From NCBI GenBank assembly GCA_047495785.1, contig JBLDXI010000007.1:1674001-1738000 (forward strand): a stretch of 64,000 nucleotides of DNA, written 5' to 3'. Source of the DNA: Lepidodermella squamata. Taxonomy: Eukaryota; Animalia; Gastrotricha. This document shows positions 12,199-25,239 of this stretch, piece after piece (the first letter of the stretch is position 1; every line of letters begins with the position of its first letter). The translations under genes and the position numbers were made by a program. The notes beneath the pieces were generated by a model that worked only from the letters and a program-made list of their open reading frames with translations, had not been told where the DNA came from and ran no database searches.

Positions 12199-13548
12199 TC
12201 ATGTATTTGAAGAGCAATAAAAAGGGCCAGTTTCAGCAAGTTTACTAGTAGATAGCTTTCGGTCCACCTGCGCCGGCTTCATAACGGCTGAAGATTCCGG
12301 TGAGTGCCATGGGTTTGGGTTGGGTCGCGAATCTGGGTAAGTCGGTGTTTTCCGACCTGTTTTAAATCTAATCTTGCTGCACCGGAGCATCTTGAAAAAA
12401 CGCTTGAAATCATCCGTGAAACCAGGTTTCAAACACTGAATAATCGGCGCGATGGCCATTTCGATAGTGTAAGCCAGAAAACACATCTGATGAGCTGTTG
12501 TTGATAGATAATCTGGCCCAGCGCCGTTCCAAAGTATGAAACAAATCAAACTAAACATAAGCGGCATGTGGAATAGCGAGAAAGCTCCGAATGACACTAG
12601 TGACTGGTACATGTAGAACATTTCAAGCCGCTGCCAGTTCGCCACAATTGGCTGAGAACGAACGACTGTGCTCAATTGAGGCGTTACTGTCCCAGTTCTG
12701 TGCTTTGAGATTAGCTCGTTCTTGAAGGTCCGAAATTTGCTGAATACCTTCCTGAAAACAAATAGAATTTTCAATATAGATGTAACCAGTTCATAATTTG
12801 TGATTTTATACCAATAATTGAGCGCGATTACGTTATTTGGAATTATAACAGAGAGCAAAACGACGTAAATGGCGAACAATAGTGCAGTGTCGAAGTTTCC
12901 GAATAGCTTGTGGTTATACAGGCCACAAAACAAAACTTCGGTACCGTTTGCTATCCACGGAACAGAGGCATATTCAGCAGCAGAGGCATCAAATGGATAG
13001 ACAGTGATAGTGCCGAAAATGATGAAGCCCAACAGTATAGATGAAAATGCCATTATTAACACCTTTCTGGTATTGGCCAATGTGTGAGGATTGTTTGAAA
13101 GGAGACAAATACGCCGCTCGTAACTCATCAACATGAAGATCCAAGTGGATTGGCAACCAATAGTTGGCATCATCCAGGCCAGCCCTGTGCATAACCAGGC
13201 AGGAGCGTCCCAGTAACCTGTCCTAACGGTTATCCACAGCCCTATACACGTACCAGCAGCGTGAAGTATCGAGGCTACAGCGAGAATTGCCGTTAGAATA
13301 AAAAAATCGCGTCGGACATGGCGTTTGTAGTATACCACCAAGTTGGCGACATTTGTTACAAGTACGAGAGTTGTCACGAACAGGTAGAGTATTGGGAATG
13401 TTAGGCGTTCTTCTGCTGTCCTTGCGCTCAAATCGTGGAACCATCCAACAAAGAATGGCCTCGGTTCGTTGTATCCTCGCCTTGGACTCGGGATTAGAAC
13501 CCAGGCGTTATTAATGTAAGCTCGTTTATCAGAGCTTGATGTGTTCAT
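12199..13548 (-). CDS. Divergent class A 7TM receptor, copy 5 (60-bp in-frame intron, divergent extended C-tail)
   Basis: Full family motif set. The GT-AG intron 12811-12752 is stop-free and a multiple of 3. The tail after KMLRC is unrelated to the paralogues. Confidence 0.85.
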   Translation of the reverse strand: MNTSSSDKRAYINNAWVLIPSPRRGYNEPRPFFVGWFHDLSARTAEERLTFPILYLFVTTLVLVTNVANLVVYYKRHVRRDFFILTAILAVASILHAAGTCIGLWITVRTGYWDAPAWLCTGLAWMMPTIGCQSTWIFMLMSYERRICLLSNNPHTLANTRKVLIMAFSSILLGFIIFGTITVYPFDASAAEYASVPWIANGTEVLFCGLYNHKLFGNFDTALLFAIYVVLLSVIIPNNVIALNYWYKITNYELVTSILKILFVFRKVFSKFRTFKNELISKHRTGTVTPQLSTVVRSQPIVANWQRLEMFYMYQSLVSFGAFSLFHMPLMFSLICFILWNGAGPDYLSTTAHQMCFLAYTIEMAIAPIIQCLKPGFTDDFKRFFKMLRCSKIRFKTGRKTPTYPDSRPNPNPWHSPESSAVMKPAQVDRKLSTSKLAETGPFYCSSNT

Positions 13549-14247
13549 CTCTTAAAAAAACAGGCTCGTGTGTCGTCTATTGGTGCAAATATCTTCTCGA
13601 TTGTATGACTGATGTCTGCACGGCGTTTCGGTAGTTCCACTTATATGTCAAGTTTCAAGAATTCGCGTGGTGTAAACACGCTCTCAGATTTCGCTAGGTG
13701 GAATTTAATTGTGAAATAATGACTAATGCTATAAAGCTTTTCCCACTTTTGCATCCGGCTTTTGGCTTTTGCTTCCGCTCGGGGAAATTCAAATCGTTAC
13801 CTTGAATGTCATGCAAAATCAATATTCATAAATTGTCATTAGATCCCGGAAACGCTCGACAGAGAACGATGATGTCATGAGCTAGTGTAGTGTGCAGTTT
13901 CCCACGTTTATCGTTAGAGAACGGAGAGATCGGAAATGTATTACATGTATTATGCTCATCTCGGAAGATATTCAATTTGGCGCATTGTCCTCCCTTTATT
14001 AAAACGCGGAACGCAGATGAAGCTGACGACGGTAATGAAATTGATGGATATTCTTGCCAAGCGTCGATCTAAAGGATCATACAAGTCATAATATTATGCA
14101 TCAGCGGAATATGGAATATTGCTAAAGGCAATTTCAAGATTGTAATCCAACTTCGCTGAAGTGTGAGGTACATTCCGTGTTAGGTGTTAGCGTGTGCGGT
14201 TGACTTGATGCTTGATGCATAGTGGCTGGCGATAAGTGCATAGTGGA

Positions 14248-14960
14248 GGCACTGTCATCCCGCAAGTCTCTGTACTTCGAATTCTGGGCATTCCGTTCGA
14301 TGAGAAGTTGACCTAACAACCGAACTCCGCTCGGTTGTTAGCCGGCCAGGGCTGTCTTTCCGATGGCGCCGCACCGCTTACCTGGCGCTCGTCCGTTCCA
14401 TCGCCACCTTCGGCTTTGTTACCTTTGCGTCTGCTGCGAAGACACCGCTCCGCCGCCTAGACGTGCTTCAGAATAGCTGTCTGCGCGCCATTCTCCATGT
14501 CCGTCTCGCTGATCGTGTTCGTGTTAGTGCGCTGGAGGAGCGCTGTCGCCTACCCAGTCTGTCCTCGCACTTACAAGCCATACAGTGCCGCTATGCCGAC
14601 AACGTCGTCCGCTTTGTGCTGCCGCTTCGCGAAGACATCGAGAATGTTCGGCTTTCCGCGTCGCCGCCTGTGAAGTCACCTGTCTTCCTTCTCAACGCTC
14701 GCCTGCCGCCCGGCCCGCTCCCTGTCCCACAATGTTAGTCTCTCTCCTCTTTCTTCTTCCCCTTCCTGCTTGTTTCTGCTTGTTCTCTACCTTCCGTCTC
14801 TGCTGTCCTATCACTAATCACTAGCCTTCTGTCTTCTGCTGTGTCTGATAATTCCGCTCCTTGTGATAATTTAAGTATGTGCCCGTCCGGTGTTATGAGT
14901 GGCGCACTGTCCCGGACACGCGCCTTTTCGTGCTGTGCCTGCGCCTTTTTTCTTACCTTC
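14248..14960 (+). mobile_element. 5'-truncated, decayed non-LTR retrotransposon (end of RT domain, thumb region and 3' UTR)
   Basis: VLRILGIPFDEKLT, then RTAYLALVRSIATFG..LDVLQNSCLRAIL..DRVRVSAL..RLPSL, the typical LINE post-RT pattern. GC-richer than the flanks, with a pyrimidine-rich tail. Boundaries approximate. Confidence 0.75.
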
Positions 14961-15414
14961 CAAATTGTACATTTTCGTTAGGCATCATTCATCTGGAAAA
15001 AAGGACAAAAAGCTTTTCGTTTCGTTTTCGATAAGCTCAAACCGTGCAACTTGTACGGTTGCGACGGAGCGTCAAACACGCTCAAAGTGCGGAGGTGCAT
15101 TGCCGTATTCCTCGACGACAATCACTTCACACGCCCCGGGTTAAAGAGGAAAGCGCTATTTGAGGAAGTTTTTCCGGCAGGTTTCACCTCTCATTGCCTA
15201 CTGTGTCGTTCCTGAATTTGACCTATTCTGCTGTGAAACGGGCTGAGGGCCTTGTTATTCTCTAAGCAGACGTAGCTTGAACGCTCAAAAAAAATGTAAA
15301 CCAAATATTATCAACTTTACCCAATCTTGACACCAATATGGACGAACACAATATTATATTATAGGTAATGTAAACCGGTTAATTTAAAAGGCCATTAATA
15401 GGCCGCATTGAACC

Positions 15415-16606
15415 TCATATAGGTACGACGGCTTTCCCGCGCCAGTGAAGCATTTTGAAATAGTGCTTGAGATCATCGGTGAAGCCTGGTTTTAGACACT
15501 GAATTACCGGCGCGATTGCCATTTCGACGGTATAAGCCAAGAAGCACATCTGATGCGCAGTTGTGGACAGATAATCTGGCCCGGCGCCATTCCACAGGAT
15601 CATACAAATCATTGCGAACATCAGTGGAAAGTGAAATAACGAGAAAGCTCCGAAGGACGCTAACGACTGGTACATGTAGAACATTTCACGCTGCTGCCAG
15701 GTTGCTAGTAGGGTTTTCGAGGAGCGAGCATTCAAGCTGGAATGGAACGATTCAGTTCTGTACTTTGATTTCAACTCAATCTTGAAAGCTCGAAATTTGC
15801 TGAATATTTTCCTGAGTAAATACGCAAAGAACATAAGTATTTTGGCTCGAATTATCCTACAAACTATACCAGTAATTCACTGCAATGACGCTGTTAGGAA
15901 TGGCAGCTGAGAGCATTGCATAACAGATTGCCAGCAGTAGTGATGTATCGATATCGCCGAATAGCTTGTGATGAATCAGCCCGCAAAACAAAACGTCTGT
16001 CCCGTTTGCTATCCAAGGAACAGAGGCATACTCTGCGGCTCCAGCGTCGAATGGGTAGACAAGAACTGTCCCGAACACGATAAAGCCGAGTAATATAGAT
16101 AGAAACGCCATCGTCAACACCTTCCGGGTATTGGCCGGTGTATGCGGGTTGTTTGATAGGAGGCAAAGACGCCGCTCGTAGCTGATCAACATGAAGATCC
16201 AGGTTGCCTGGCAGCCCAGATTTGCCATCACCCAAGAAAGACCAGTGCATAGCCCAGCAGGAGCGTCCCAGTAGCCAGTCCTAACTGGTATCCAAAGTGC
16301 TATTGATATCCCAACAGCGTGTATTATCGAAGCAGCCGCTAGGATCGCAGTTAGTATTAGGAAATCGCGGCGAACATCACGCTTGTAGTAGATGACCAAA
16401 TTAACAACATTTGTTACAATTACGATGACGGTCAAGATGAGGTAGATAATTGGGAACGTAATGCGTTCACGAACAGTCCTTGCGCTCAAATCTTGGAACC
16501 ATCCGACAAAGAATGGTCTCGGTTCGTTGTAGCCTCGCCTCGGGCTAGTAATCATGACCCAGGCGTCATTTATATAGGCTCGCTTGTCATAGATGGAGCT
16601 GTTCAT
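15415..16606 (-). CDS. Divergent class A 7TM receptor, copy 6, 2 exons
   Basis: Family motifs intact. One intron after the TM5 NYW. Confidence 0.85.
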
Positions 16607-16877
16607 ATTTAAAAGCAGAATTTGCTATCTTTATTTATGGATGTAAGCAGCTATAAATTTCTTCTAATTCGGTTCAATGATGCGCTATTTCATGTGATGC
16701 CTCTGGCTTGAAGTTCTCAGATTTCGGAAGGTGGAGCCCTCTTGAAAGGCTGAAAGGCTACAATAGAAGTGCACGACTTCCTTGTTTTCCTTGCTAAAAT
16801 CGACATATATCTATGATTAGATTAAAGCCATTTGGAGGATGAAAGATGACCCTATAAATGGGCAGAAAAGATGAACA

Positions 16878-17309
16878 TGTCGTATTTAAAGTTGATAATC
16901 ATTTATTCTTGATAATACATGGCCAAATGGCCAGAATGGCCTATGTAATGTGGATTCTCGCCCAGATTTTTGAAACCCCATGAAACCCAAGTTTGACCAC
17001 TAGGTAGAGTCGGCATCGAGGATTTCAAATCTGCATTTATTTTTTATTAAGGCAAAAAATTGGGCATGATATCGAGAAAAATCGAAAAATCGATCAGTAT
17101 CGATTTACGAAGATCGATGATTTCAGTATAGTTTGAAGGATCGTGACATCTTCCAAAATAGCGAAATTGAAATCCTCGATGCCGACTCTACCTAGTGGTC
17201 AAACTTGAGTTTCATGTGGTTTCAAAAGTCTGGGCGAAAATCCACATTACATAGGCCATTTTGGCCATGTATTATCAAGAATAAATGATTATCAACTTGA
17301 AATACGACA
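16878..17309. mobile_element. Foldback/MITE-like element with about 150-bp inverted arms
   Basis: About 16878-17028 is the near-perfect reverse complement of about 17167-17309 (e.g. tttgaccactaggtagagtcggcatcgaggatttc / gaaatcctcgatgccgactctacctagtggtcaaa). No clear TSD. Confidence 0.8.
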
Positions 17310-17639
17310 AATATAATACTCCTTAAAGTGTGTAGCCCAACCGAACGCTTTTAAAAATTCACGAGCTATTTCGGTCCGGAAACAAGACACTTATGATGCC
17401 GATGACAGATAGTATTGCTTGGAAAAACTATCGATTCAGGCCTCACCATTTTACAATTTCTGCGGATACCAGAAAAGGTGTACTTACAACAATAAAAAGT
17501 GTGGCATGGCAAATGGGACTGCGTAAAATGACTGCAAAATGACCCTTCGTGGGCTTTAGAGACGGCTTCTGAAGTTATCGTTCACTGTTTTCCAGAAAAC
17601 TTTACGTTGCTTGACGTTACGGGATATTTTTCAGTTATA

Positions 17640-18108
17640 CAGTGTGATTCAGAAATCAGAAAGGCCGCCCAAACCACGATTATTAGTATTTGTTCCCTCT
17701 TGTTTTTTTATCAAACAGTTTTTCCAAGCCCGCGCGTTCCGATTCAAAACAAAAATGTCTCGAAAAAATAATAATAGCCAAGAAATATAATGCATGGGAG
17801 CAGTGCTTGCTGTTCTTAAAAGCACTGAAAAAGCTGAAGAAAAACCTAAAACCGCTTAAAATAGGACCTAAATTTGATTGATTACTGCAAGCTTTTTTGC
17901 TATCCGTCGTGATTGGCGTGATCGAGTTGATGCTCTTAACCGGCGTCATCGGCATGATTTGTGTGATCGTCATGAAAAAAACGCCAAAATGAACGATAAT
18001 AATACGCGTTCCTTCATCACAAAAACTGATGAATCCGATCCAATTTTTTCTACGGCCGTGTCAAACACTTCCCATGATGCGCCGGGGCGCCTTTTCTGAA
18101 TCACACTG
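17640..18108. mobile_element. Non-autonomous MITE of the Tc1/mariner family at 40057
   Basis: TA|cagtgtgattc...gaatcacactg|TA. TIR sequence matches the 40057-42544 element, and both share an internal 9-bp-period array. Confidence 0.85.
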
Positions 18109-18274
18109 TAAGATAGCTTGAAGCTTTCAAAGCCTCTACTTAGCTCCGGTGTTGGGTTTCACAGCTATTTGTTCGAAGGTTGACGTTGGCGGAGAAAAAG
18201 TTTGGATTATCCCATAAAAATTGCAGCATAGGGAAAATGTGTGTACTTGGGTGATGTTGGCGGGATGGGTGATG

Positions 18275-18528
18275 TTACGTGTAGTAGACGACAAATAGTT
18301 CCGTCCAAAGTCATTCCAAAGAATTGTCGAAATCATCGGAAGCATGACAGGGACATGGAACAGCGAAACAGCACCAAACGAAGATAACAATTGGTACATG
18401 TAAAACATTTCTCGCATCTGCCAATTCGAAAGAATGTTGTTCGATTTATCCGCTATTATATCAAAAATTTATGATTGTGCCCAGGTTTGATGTCTTGAAG
18501 TTATCGAGCGAAATTTATTTAAAACCTT
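18275..18528 (-). pseudogene. 7TM receptor family fragment (decayed duplicate of the last exon)
   Basis: KVLNKFRSITSRHQT..WQMREMFYMYQ..SLFHVP..GRNYLSSTT with a frameshift. Truncated before TM7. Confidence 0.75.
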
Positions 18529-18801
18529 ATTAGTAATCTTCCTAGATCTTCCTAATCTTTCGGGCATAAACTCGATTTCAGCCCTTGAAAATACCCTCGC
18601 TTCGCTACGCTCTCGGGCATTTTCACCGGGCCGAAATATCGTTTCTGCCTTCAGCACCGTTAAAGATTCCTTAAATCGATCATCAGTAACGCCTTCGATT
18701 TCATCGCTTGCCTCGATGACATCACATCTTTCTACAGCAATTATAGTAGGTTCTGACAATATCATTAGCACGCGCAGCCCTGAAATTCACGAAAATTTCG
18801 A

Positions 18802-19997
18802 TTATGAATCCAAAGCAGAAATCTTTAAATGTCTAAAAGCAGGCGATAAAAAGCGTTTCATATCTTCAGTGAATCCGGGTTTCAAGCACTGAATAACCGG
18901 CGCAATCGCCATTTCGATAGTGTACAGCAAGAAACACATTTTTTGAGTAGTAGACGACAAATAATTCGGTCCAAAGCCTTTCCAAAGAATCGTCGCAATC
19001 ATCGGAAACATAAGGGGTACATGGAACAACGAAAAAGCCCCGAATGAAGCTAACGACTGGTACATGTAAAACATTTCACGCATCCGCCAATTCGTAAGGA
19101 TTCTGTTCGAGTTAGCCGCTGTGGTATTCAAACTTGATGGTAGGGTTGGGGTTTGATGCCTTGAAGTTATTGAGTGAAATTTCTTTAAGACCTTCCTGAA
19201 TATTGACAAAAATTCATTAATGTTAAACCGTCGTCACCTTGTAATTTTTCAGATCTTACCAATAGTTCATGGCAATGACGTTATTTGGTATGCATATTGC
19301 CAGCGTTATGAAATAGATAGCCATCAGTAAGGATGTGTCCAGGTTATCTGTCAATTTGTGATCTAAAAAGCCGCATACCAAAAGTCCCATTATTGACCCA
19401 AGAAATTGATACGTAATCTGCAGTCATTACGTCAAATGGGTAAATCGTAAGGGTAAAAAATGCTGCGAAACAGACGAGGAACGATAGGAAAGCTAAGATC
19501 AGGACTTTTCGAGTATCGGCCGGGCTGTGAGGGTTGTTTGATAGGAGACAAAGCCGTCGTTCGTAGCTGATTAGCATGAAAATCCAGGTCGACAGGACTC
19601 CACAAGTTGAATTCGCCAGCTGAAGCCCCTTACACAGCCCAGCTGGGGCGTCCCAATATCCAGTTGGGACAGGTATCCACAGTGCGATAGCTAATCCTAC
19701 AGCATGTTGTATTGATACGGCAGCAAGAAGTGCTGTCAACACGAAAAAATCTCGTCGAACGTTCCTCCTGTAGTACACGACTAAATTGGCGACGTTGGTG
19801 AAGATGACTAAAATCGTCGCGATTAGGTAAATGATGGGGAATGTGAGCCGCTCCGAAACTGTTCTTGCGCTGAGGTCGTGAAACCATCCGATGAAGTAAG
19901 GCCTAGGTTCGTTGTAGCCTCGGCGAGGGCTGGCCATTAATACCCATGCCTCGTTTATATAGGCGCATTTAGAGTAGTCGGTGCTGTTCGTTGTCAT
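18802..19997 (-). pseudogene. 7TM receptor family copy 8 with a frameshift in ECL2 (about 19380)
   Basis: About 5 nt shorter than copy 9 at NNGT..CG. The downstream VCGFLDHKLTDNLDTS lies in another frame. The last exon is intact. Confidence 0.75.
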
Positions 19998-21998
19998 TTT
20001 TGTAAAGCCACATCTTAGGTTGTCGGTATTGTTCATTTTCTGAGCGGATCAATGCAATCAAACAATTCGACTATAAACTGACAAGATAAAAGGTCATGAT
20101 GTGCGATTTGCGTATGTTACATCAATCAACTACTCAATTTTCTCCACGATAAGTGCTCGGGGGCGGGAAAGTTAGGACCTAGGAATGCCGATATAAAGAG
20201 GACGAATAAAGAGCTAGCGATGAGTAATAAGTGTGTACAGTACCTTAAGCCAAGGATTATTGTCCTAATGAAAGTCCGTTTTATTGCAAGTAGCTATAAA
20301 GTTTTCTTCTCAGTTGCTAAGGAGACGTTTTTACTAGTTAGCCATATCTAACACAACCGGGAGTCATTCCATCTTATTTGCTATGAGTTTCAAAGCTTTT
20401 AACGACAAATAAAAACGTCACGAGTAAAACCGTAAAAATGATCATATTATTCAAATTAAGAGTGATTAGTTTACTGTAAGATGTCAATTCGATTGTTGTT
20501 AATTTTCAAATAAATGAAAGGTTTGAAATTTGTGTTTATTGCCTGCAACGTGTAGAATCTAGAACCAGCGATGGCAATCGCTTCCTATCATTATTCGGTC
20601 TTTCAAAGTGAATGTTAACAAATAATATACGACGAGCCCCATGTTGACGGAAGTCGTTTAATCCCACGAAGCACTCTCGAGAAGTGTTAAATGTCATTGT
20701 GAGACGAAGGATCTAGCCGGAAACAGGCTACGAAGATCAAAGCGCGTGAGTTGTGAACAAAAAAACAGTTCCTCCCATCAGAAGAAATGAAATCAATCAT
20801 CAACCAAACCTAAAACCTTGACAATTCTGCTATCAATGTCGACAGATCCAACCTTTACATGTTACAGTCAGACCTCACCTCGTTCACCTCGTCAGGTTGC
20901 TTTGGCTCTTCCAATACTGTTCCTCCGACAAACTGAAATCACCATTCTTTATATCCAGACTGAAAAGCGCTGTAGACAGAAGAGCGCTAAGTGGAACTTG
21001 GCCGCCAAAAATAACGCACCGCCGGTGTTTCCTCCGCGCGCGCGCGCGCTCCTATTAGCTGGGCCTTGTTGCGCAACAACTAAGATAATTACAGATAATT
21101 ACGAAAAATTTGACAAAATTTGGATTATCTTATATTTACCGATTGAATAGAAAATAGAACATAGTGCGCGCGCAAAATTCAAATTTAGGTGAATTTTCAG
21201 TGAATTTGGGGTAATTTCATCAGAATATATCTTGAGACTCTAATCATTTGATTATTTTCGCGCTACATCGAATTGATTGCTTGGAAATATTTTCCAGCAC
21301 CCTGTCGATTGTAAGGCATCATTATTTCTCGCATATCTTCTCGATTTGCAATTTTTTGAAACTTGGTACTAATTGAAAAATGTACTCTCGATGCGCGCGC
21401 TTTACATGATATACTGGACTTGTTCAATTCGGGCTAGCTGACTTGTAGTTTTCTTGTGATTTTGCAGCACGCGCGTAGAAAGCTGCAATTATTTGTTGCG
21501 CAATAAATGCGCGCGACGTGCGGTTACGCGTAAATTTAACCAACCATAATAGGAATGCGCCGTGGAGGATGTGGCGGATGGGGCAATGTGCAAAAAAAAA
21601 CAAATAAATATGGCGTCCTTTCTGTCTGGCCCCTTCAATTTTTCGTCATTAACCCCGCGCTCATTTGCCTTCCGCTCGGCGCCCTTTATGCCCTTTATGC
21701 TATAGAACCAAAATTGGCGAATAAGCGATTTTCTTTTCAGATTTTTTTCAAATTTTGCTAATACCATTCAGTTGACCTGAATTGGATTGCCTGACCCCGC
21801 TCACTCTGCTCGCTCCGTCTCGTTGCGATCTCGCGCGGCCGAGCAAGTGAGAGCGGATAATGACAAATCACATACACCAATGTTATTAACTACGTATTAC
21901 GATATTAGCGCCAAATTAAACTATTGCTAAAAGTAATACATCTAACGGTGGAACCTTCCCCCGTCATCAACTCAGTTTTGCTGAAACAACCATAACAG

Positions 21999-23340
21999 TT
22001 GACCGTTAACAAGTGAAAAGTGGGCTTTGGGGAATTTTCTGTATTTTCCAGCAAATCTCAAAATTGGTTCAAAGAGGGACGATTCTTAGATTACAGAATG
22101 ATCCTACACAGTTTTTCGTGAGGATTTTGAATTTCCAAATTTCAGGCCTATGGGAGGCTTCGATTCTCCTTAAAAGACGAGGAACCCCAAAGCCCGAAAG
22201 GTTGATCGATTTAGGGATCTGCGTATCGATTTTCGAATTCTAAGATAGGAGACGTTTATATAAGTACTGTGTACGATCATGGCAGAGATACCGATATCCA
22301 GGAAGGCTTTGGAGAAAATGGACAAAGCGCAAGTCATCGACTACTGTCTCCAGCTCCAAGCACAAGTTGCGGATAAAGAGAAATTGATTAGTAAACTGAT
22401 CAACAACGAAGAGACCCTAGCTGGGGTATCGAAATCGCTGCAAACCCTCGTTACCGTCTCAAAAACCGTGGAGCAAAAAGCCAAAGATGAGGCCAACAAG
22501 GATACGGTCGTTGTAAACAACGTTGAGGAAATCGACGACGATGACGACGGAAAAAAGCTAAAGGAGAAAATTGTAAAGTTAATCCCCCTCCTCAAGGACA
22601 AGAAGTTCAAGGTCCGACGAATGGGCAAGCCGAGAGCTGCTGTGGCTGGTGGCGACCCTCCCAGACCGAGACCTATCCACATCATACCTAATGATTCAAC
22701 GCTTCTCCGAGGGAAAATATCCGAAGGCAATACCTGAAGATGATAAAGCCGTAAAAATCAGACCGTGGCTGTCCGACCAGAACCGCGACATGCGGAAGAA
22801 GTTGTATGACCACGGTATCAAATCCAAGCAGGATGAAGCCTGCGACCTCTTTCTGATCCGCCGTAATCGAATTCAGCTGACCACAGATGGCGCCGTGGTT
22901 GGGCGGTTCGCTGCAGTCGCTGATGGTGCCAGCTTTAAAGTTGTGCAAACACTTGAAACCCCGGAGTCTTTCGACTCGCATTTTGTGAAGCGCACGTAGG
23001 ACTTTTTCCGCAGCCCGTCGGACGTGTTGTGTGGCTACTGGAACCTAAATGGATATTCAACTATTAAATCACCTTTTATTAGCTATCTAAGCTCAATATG
23101 TCATTTCTTTGTTGTAACTGAAACTCGCAAGGATGATTCGTGGTCACCCCCTACTATTGATAACTTTTCTAATTTGACTGTACCTGCTAAGCTCAATACC
23201 GAGCCAATACTCAAACCCCTATGACTATCTACCTCTTTTTGATATCGTTCGACTCCTGGTTTCCGAACTTGAATGTGGCGTCAAAGTCTCACGATGTCAA
23301 AAATGTCGCTAAAACCCACTTTTCATTTGTTAACGGTCAA
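21999..23340 (+). mobile_element. Segment bounded by inverted repeats, containing a LINE 5' fragment (ORF1-like plus start of an APE endonuclease)
   Basis: About 31-bp IR ttgaccgttaacaa(g/a)tgaaaagtggg at both ends. ORF 22279-22999 has one frameshift and shows a coiled coil, VRRMGK..PRPRPIHI and VKIRPWLS..R..RKKL, resembling LINE ORF1. Then 23024-23224 gives YWNLNG..K....VVTET, an APE N-terminal motif. Confidence 0.7.
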
Positions 23341-23344
23341 TTAA

Positions 23345-24547
23345 TTAAGAGTCCGATGCAGAAATCTTGAAATTTCTGAAAACAGGTGATAAAAAGCGTT
23401 TGATATCATCAGTGAATCCGGGCTTCAAGCACTGAATAACCGGCGCAATCGCCATCTCGATCGTATACATCAGAAAACACATTTTGTGCGTAGTCGACGA
23501 CAAATAATTCGGTCCAAAGTCATTCCAAAGAATCGTCGCAATCATCGAAAACATGACAGGTACGTGGAACAGCGAAAAAGCTCCGAATGAAGCTAAAGAC
23601 TGGTACATGTAAAACATTTCTCGCTTCTGCCAATTCAAGAGAATTTTCTTCGATCTAACCGCTGCTGAGTTCGAACTCGATGGTATCGTCTGAGTTTGAT
23701 GTGATTTTCTTGAAGTTAACTGGTTCTTGAATGAGCGAAATTTATTGAACACCTTCCTGAAATTGAGAGAAAAACTTCACGAATAAAACCTGTAATTTTT
23801 AAAATCTTACCAATAGTTCATTGCAATGACGTTATTTGGAATAAAAATTGCGAATGTGATAAAATAAATAGCCAACAGTAAGGATGTGTCCAAGTTACCC
23901 GTCAACTTGTGATCGAATAAGCCGCATATTAAAACTGGTGTCCCATTATTAAACCAAGGGATTGATACGTAATCCGCAGCCAATGAATCAAACGGGTAAA
24001 TCGCAACGGTGAAAAATGCTACGAAACCGATGAGTAAGGATAGGAAAGCTAATATCAGGACTTTTCGGGTATTAGCCGGCGTGTTAGGGTTGTTTGAAAG
24101 GAGACAAAGTCGTCGTTCGTAGCTGATCAGCATGAAAATCCAGGTTGACTGTACACCGAGTGTTGACATTGATAGATAAAGCCCTTTGCACAGCCCAGCC
24201 GGGGCGTCCCAATACCCGGTTGGAACAGGTATCCACAGTGCAACAGCTATTCCTATAGCATGTATGATCGATACGGCAGCGAGAAATGCCGTTAAAACGA
24301 AGAAATCTCTGCGAACGTTTCTCCTGTAGTACACGACTAAATTGGCTACGTTGGTGCCGATGACTAAAATAGTTGCGATTAGGTAAACAATGGGGAAGGT
24401 GAGCCGCTCGGAAACAGTCTTTCCACTGACGTCGTGAAACCATCCGATAAAGTAGGGCCTAGGTTCGTTGTAGCCCCGCCGAGGGCTGGCCATTAATACC
24501 CATGCCTCGTTTATATACGCGCATTTTGAGTAGTCGGTGCTGTTCAT
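23345..24547 (-). CDS. Divergent class A 7TM receptor, copy 9, 2 exons
   Basis: Family motifs intact. Closest paralogue of copy 8. Confidence 0.85.
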
Positions 24548-25239
24548 TTATTTTGAGCGGATTGAATTAGTTCAAAAAAATCACAGATAAAATACTAGGC
24601 TTACACGAGGTGAGATCTGCGCTTTTGGAACATCAATAAAAATCTCAAATTTCTTCTAATATAGCTGCCAGCGGAAGTGCAATAGAGTAGTACACTTGTG
24701 ACCTGTCAAGGTGCCTCTTCAAAATAAGCTGATCGATTATATTGTAGTCCGCGACATTGACATCAAAAATGTGAAATTTAATTATGATATTGTCCTATGT
24801 ACACCATGGGTCCCATCTTTCGGCTTCTGATTTCTTACCTCGGAATTTTTTCCGGTAAGTTCACCTTATTTTAGGGGAAACCTTTCGAAGAGCTTTTTCC
24901 ATTATTATCCGAGATTTCAGTATTAAAAGTAAGCTGATAAATCCCATAATTGCTGCTTGTATATAGCGCGTTCAGTGTTTACAGATATTTCACCCGATCG
25001 GACCGATTTTTTAAGGATTTCATGCTAACAATTTCCTAATGTAAAAATTAGCGATCGCAATTGTGTGCGTGCATAGCTCGATTATTCGAAGCCGATTTTT
25101 ATGCGGATATTTTGCGTGCTATATGATAGCGGAAGTCGTTCACTTCGAAAAAGCACTGTCGGGCATGTTCGATGAAATTTCAAGATGTGTGAACTAGAAA
25201 CAAAAGATTCGAAGTACGTTATCAATCGACTAAAGCCTA

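Noticed and set aside
14313-14341. 11-bp hairpin ctaacaaccga/tcggttgttag
   Set aside because: Lies within the decayed LINE coding region at a deletion point. No independent support for a function.
18530-18790. Open frames on both strands between two receptor exons
   Set aside because: No recognisable motif, start or splice context.
21797-21857. GC-rich imperfect hairpin (possible Helitron end or ncRNA)
   Set aside because: No CTRR terminus or matching 5' end could be identified.
2404-24547. 7TM family as opsins
   Set aside because: No Lys at the retinal-binding position seven residues before the TM7 Pro; it is Thr, Ser or Met in these copies.
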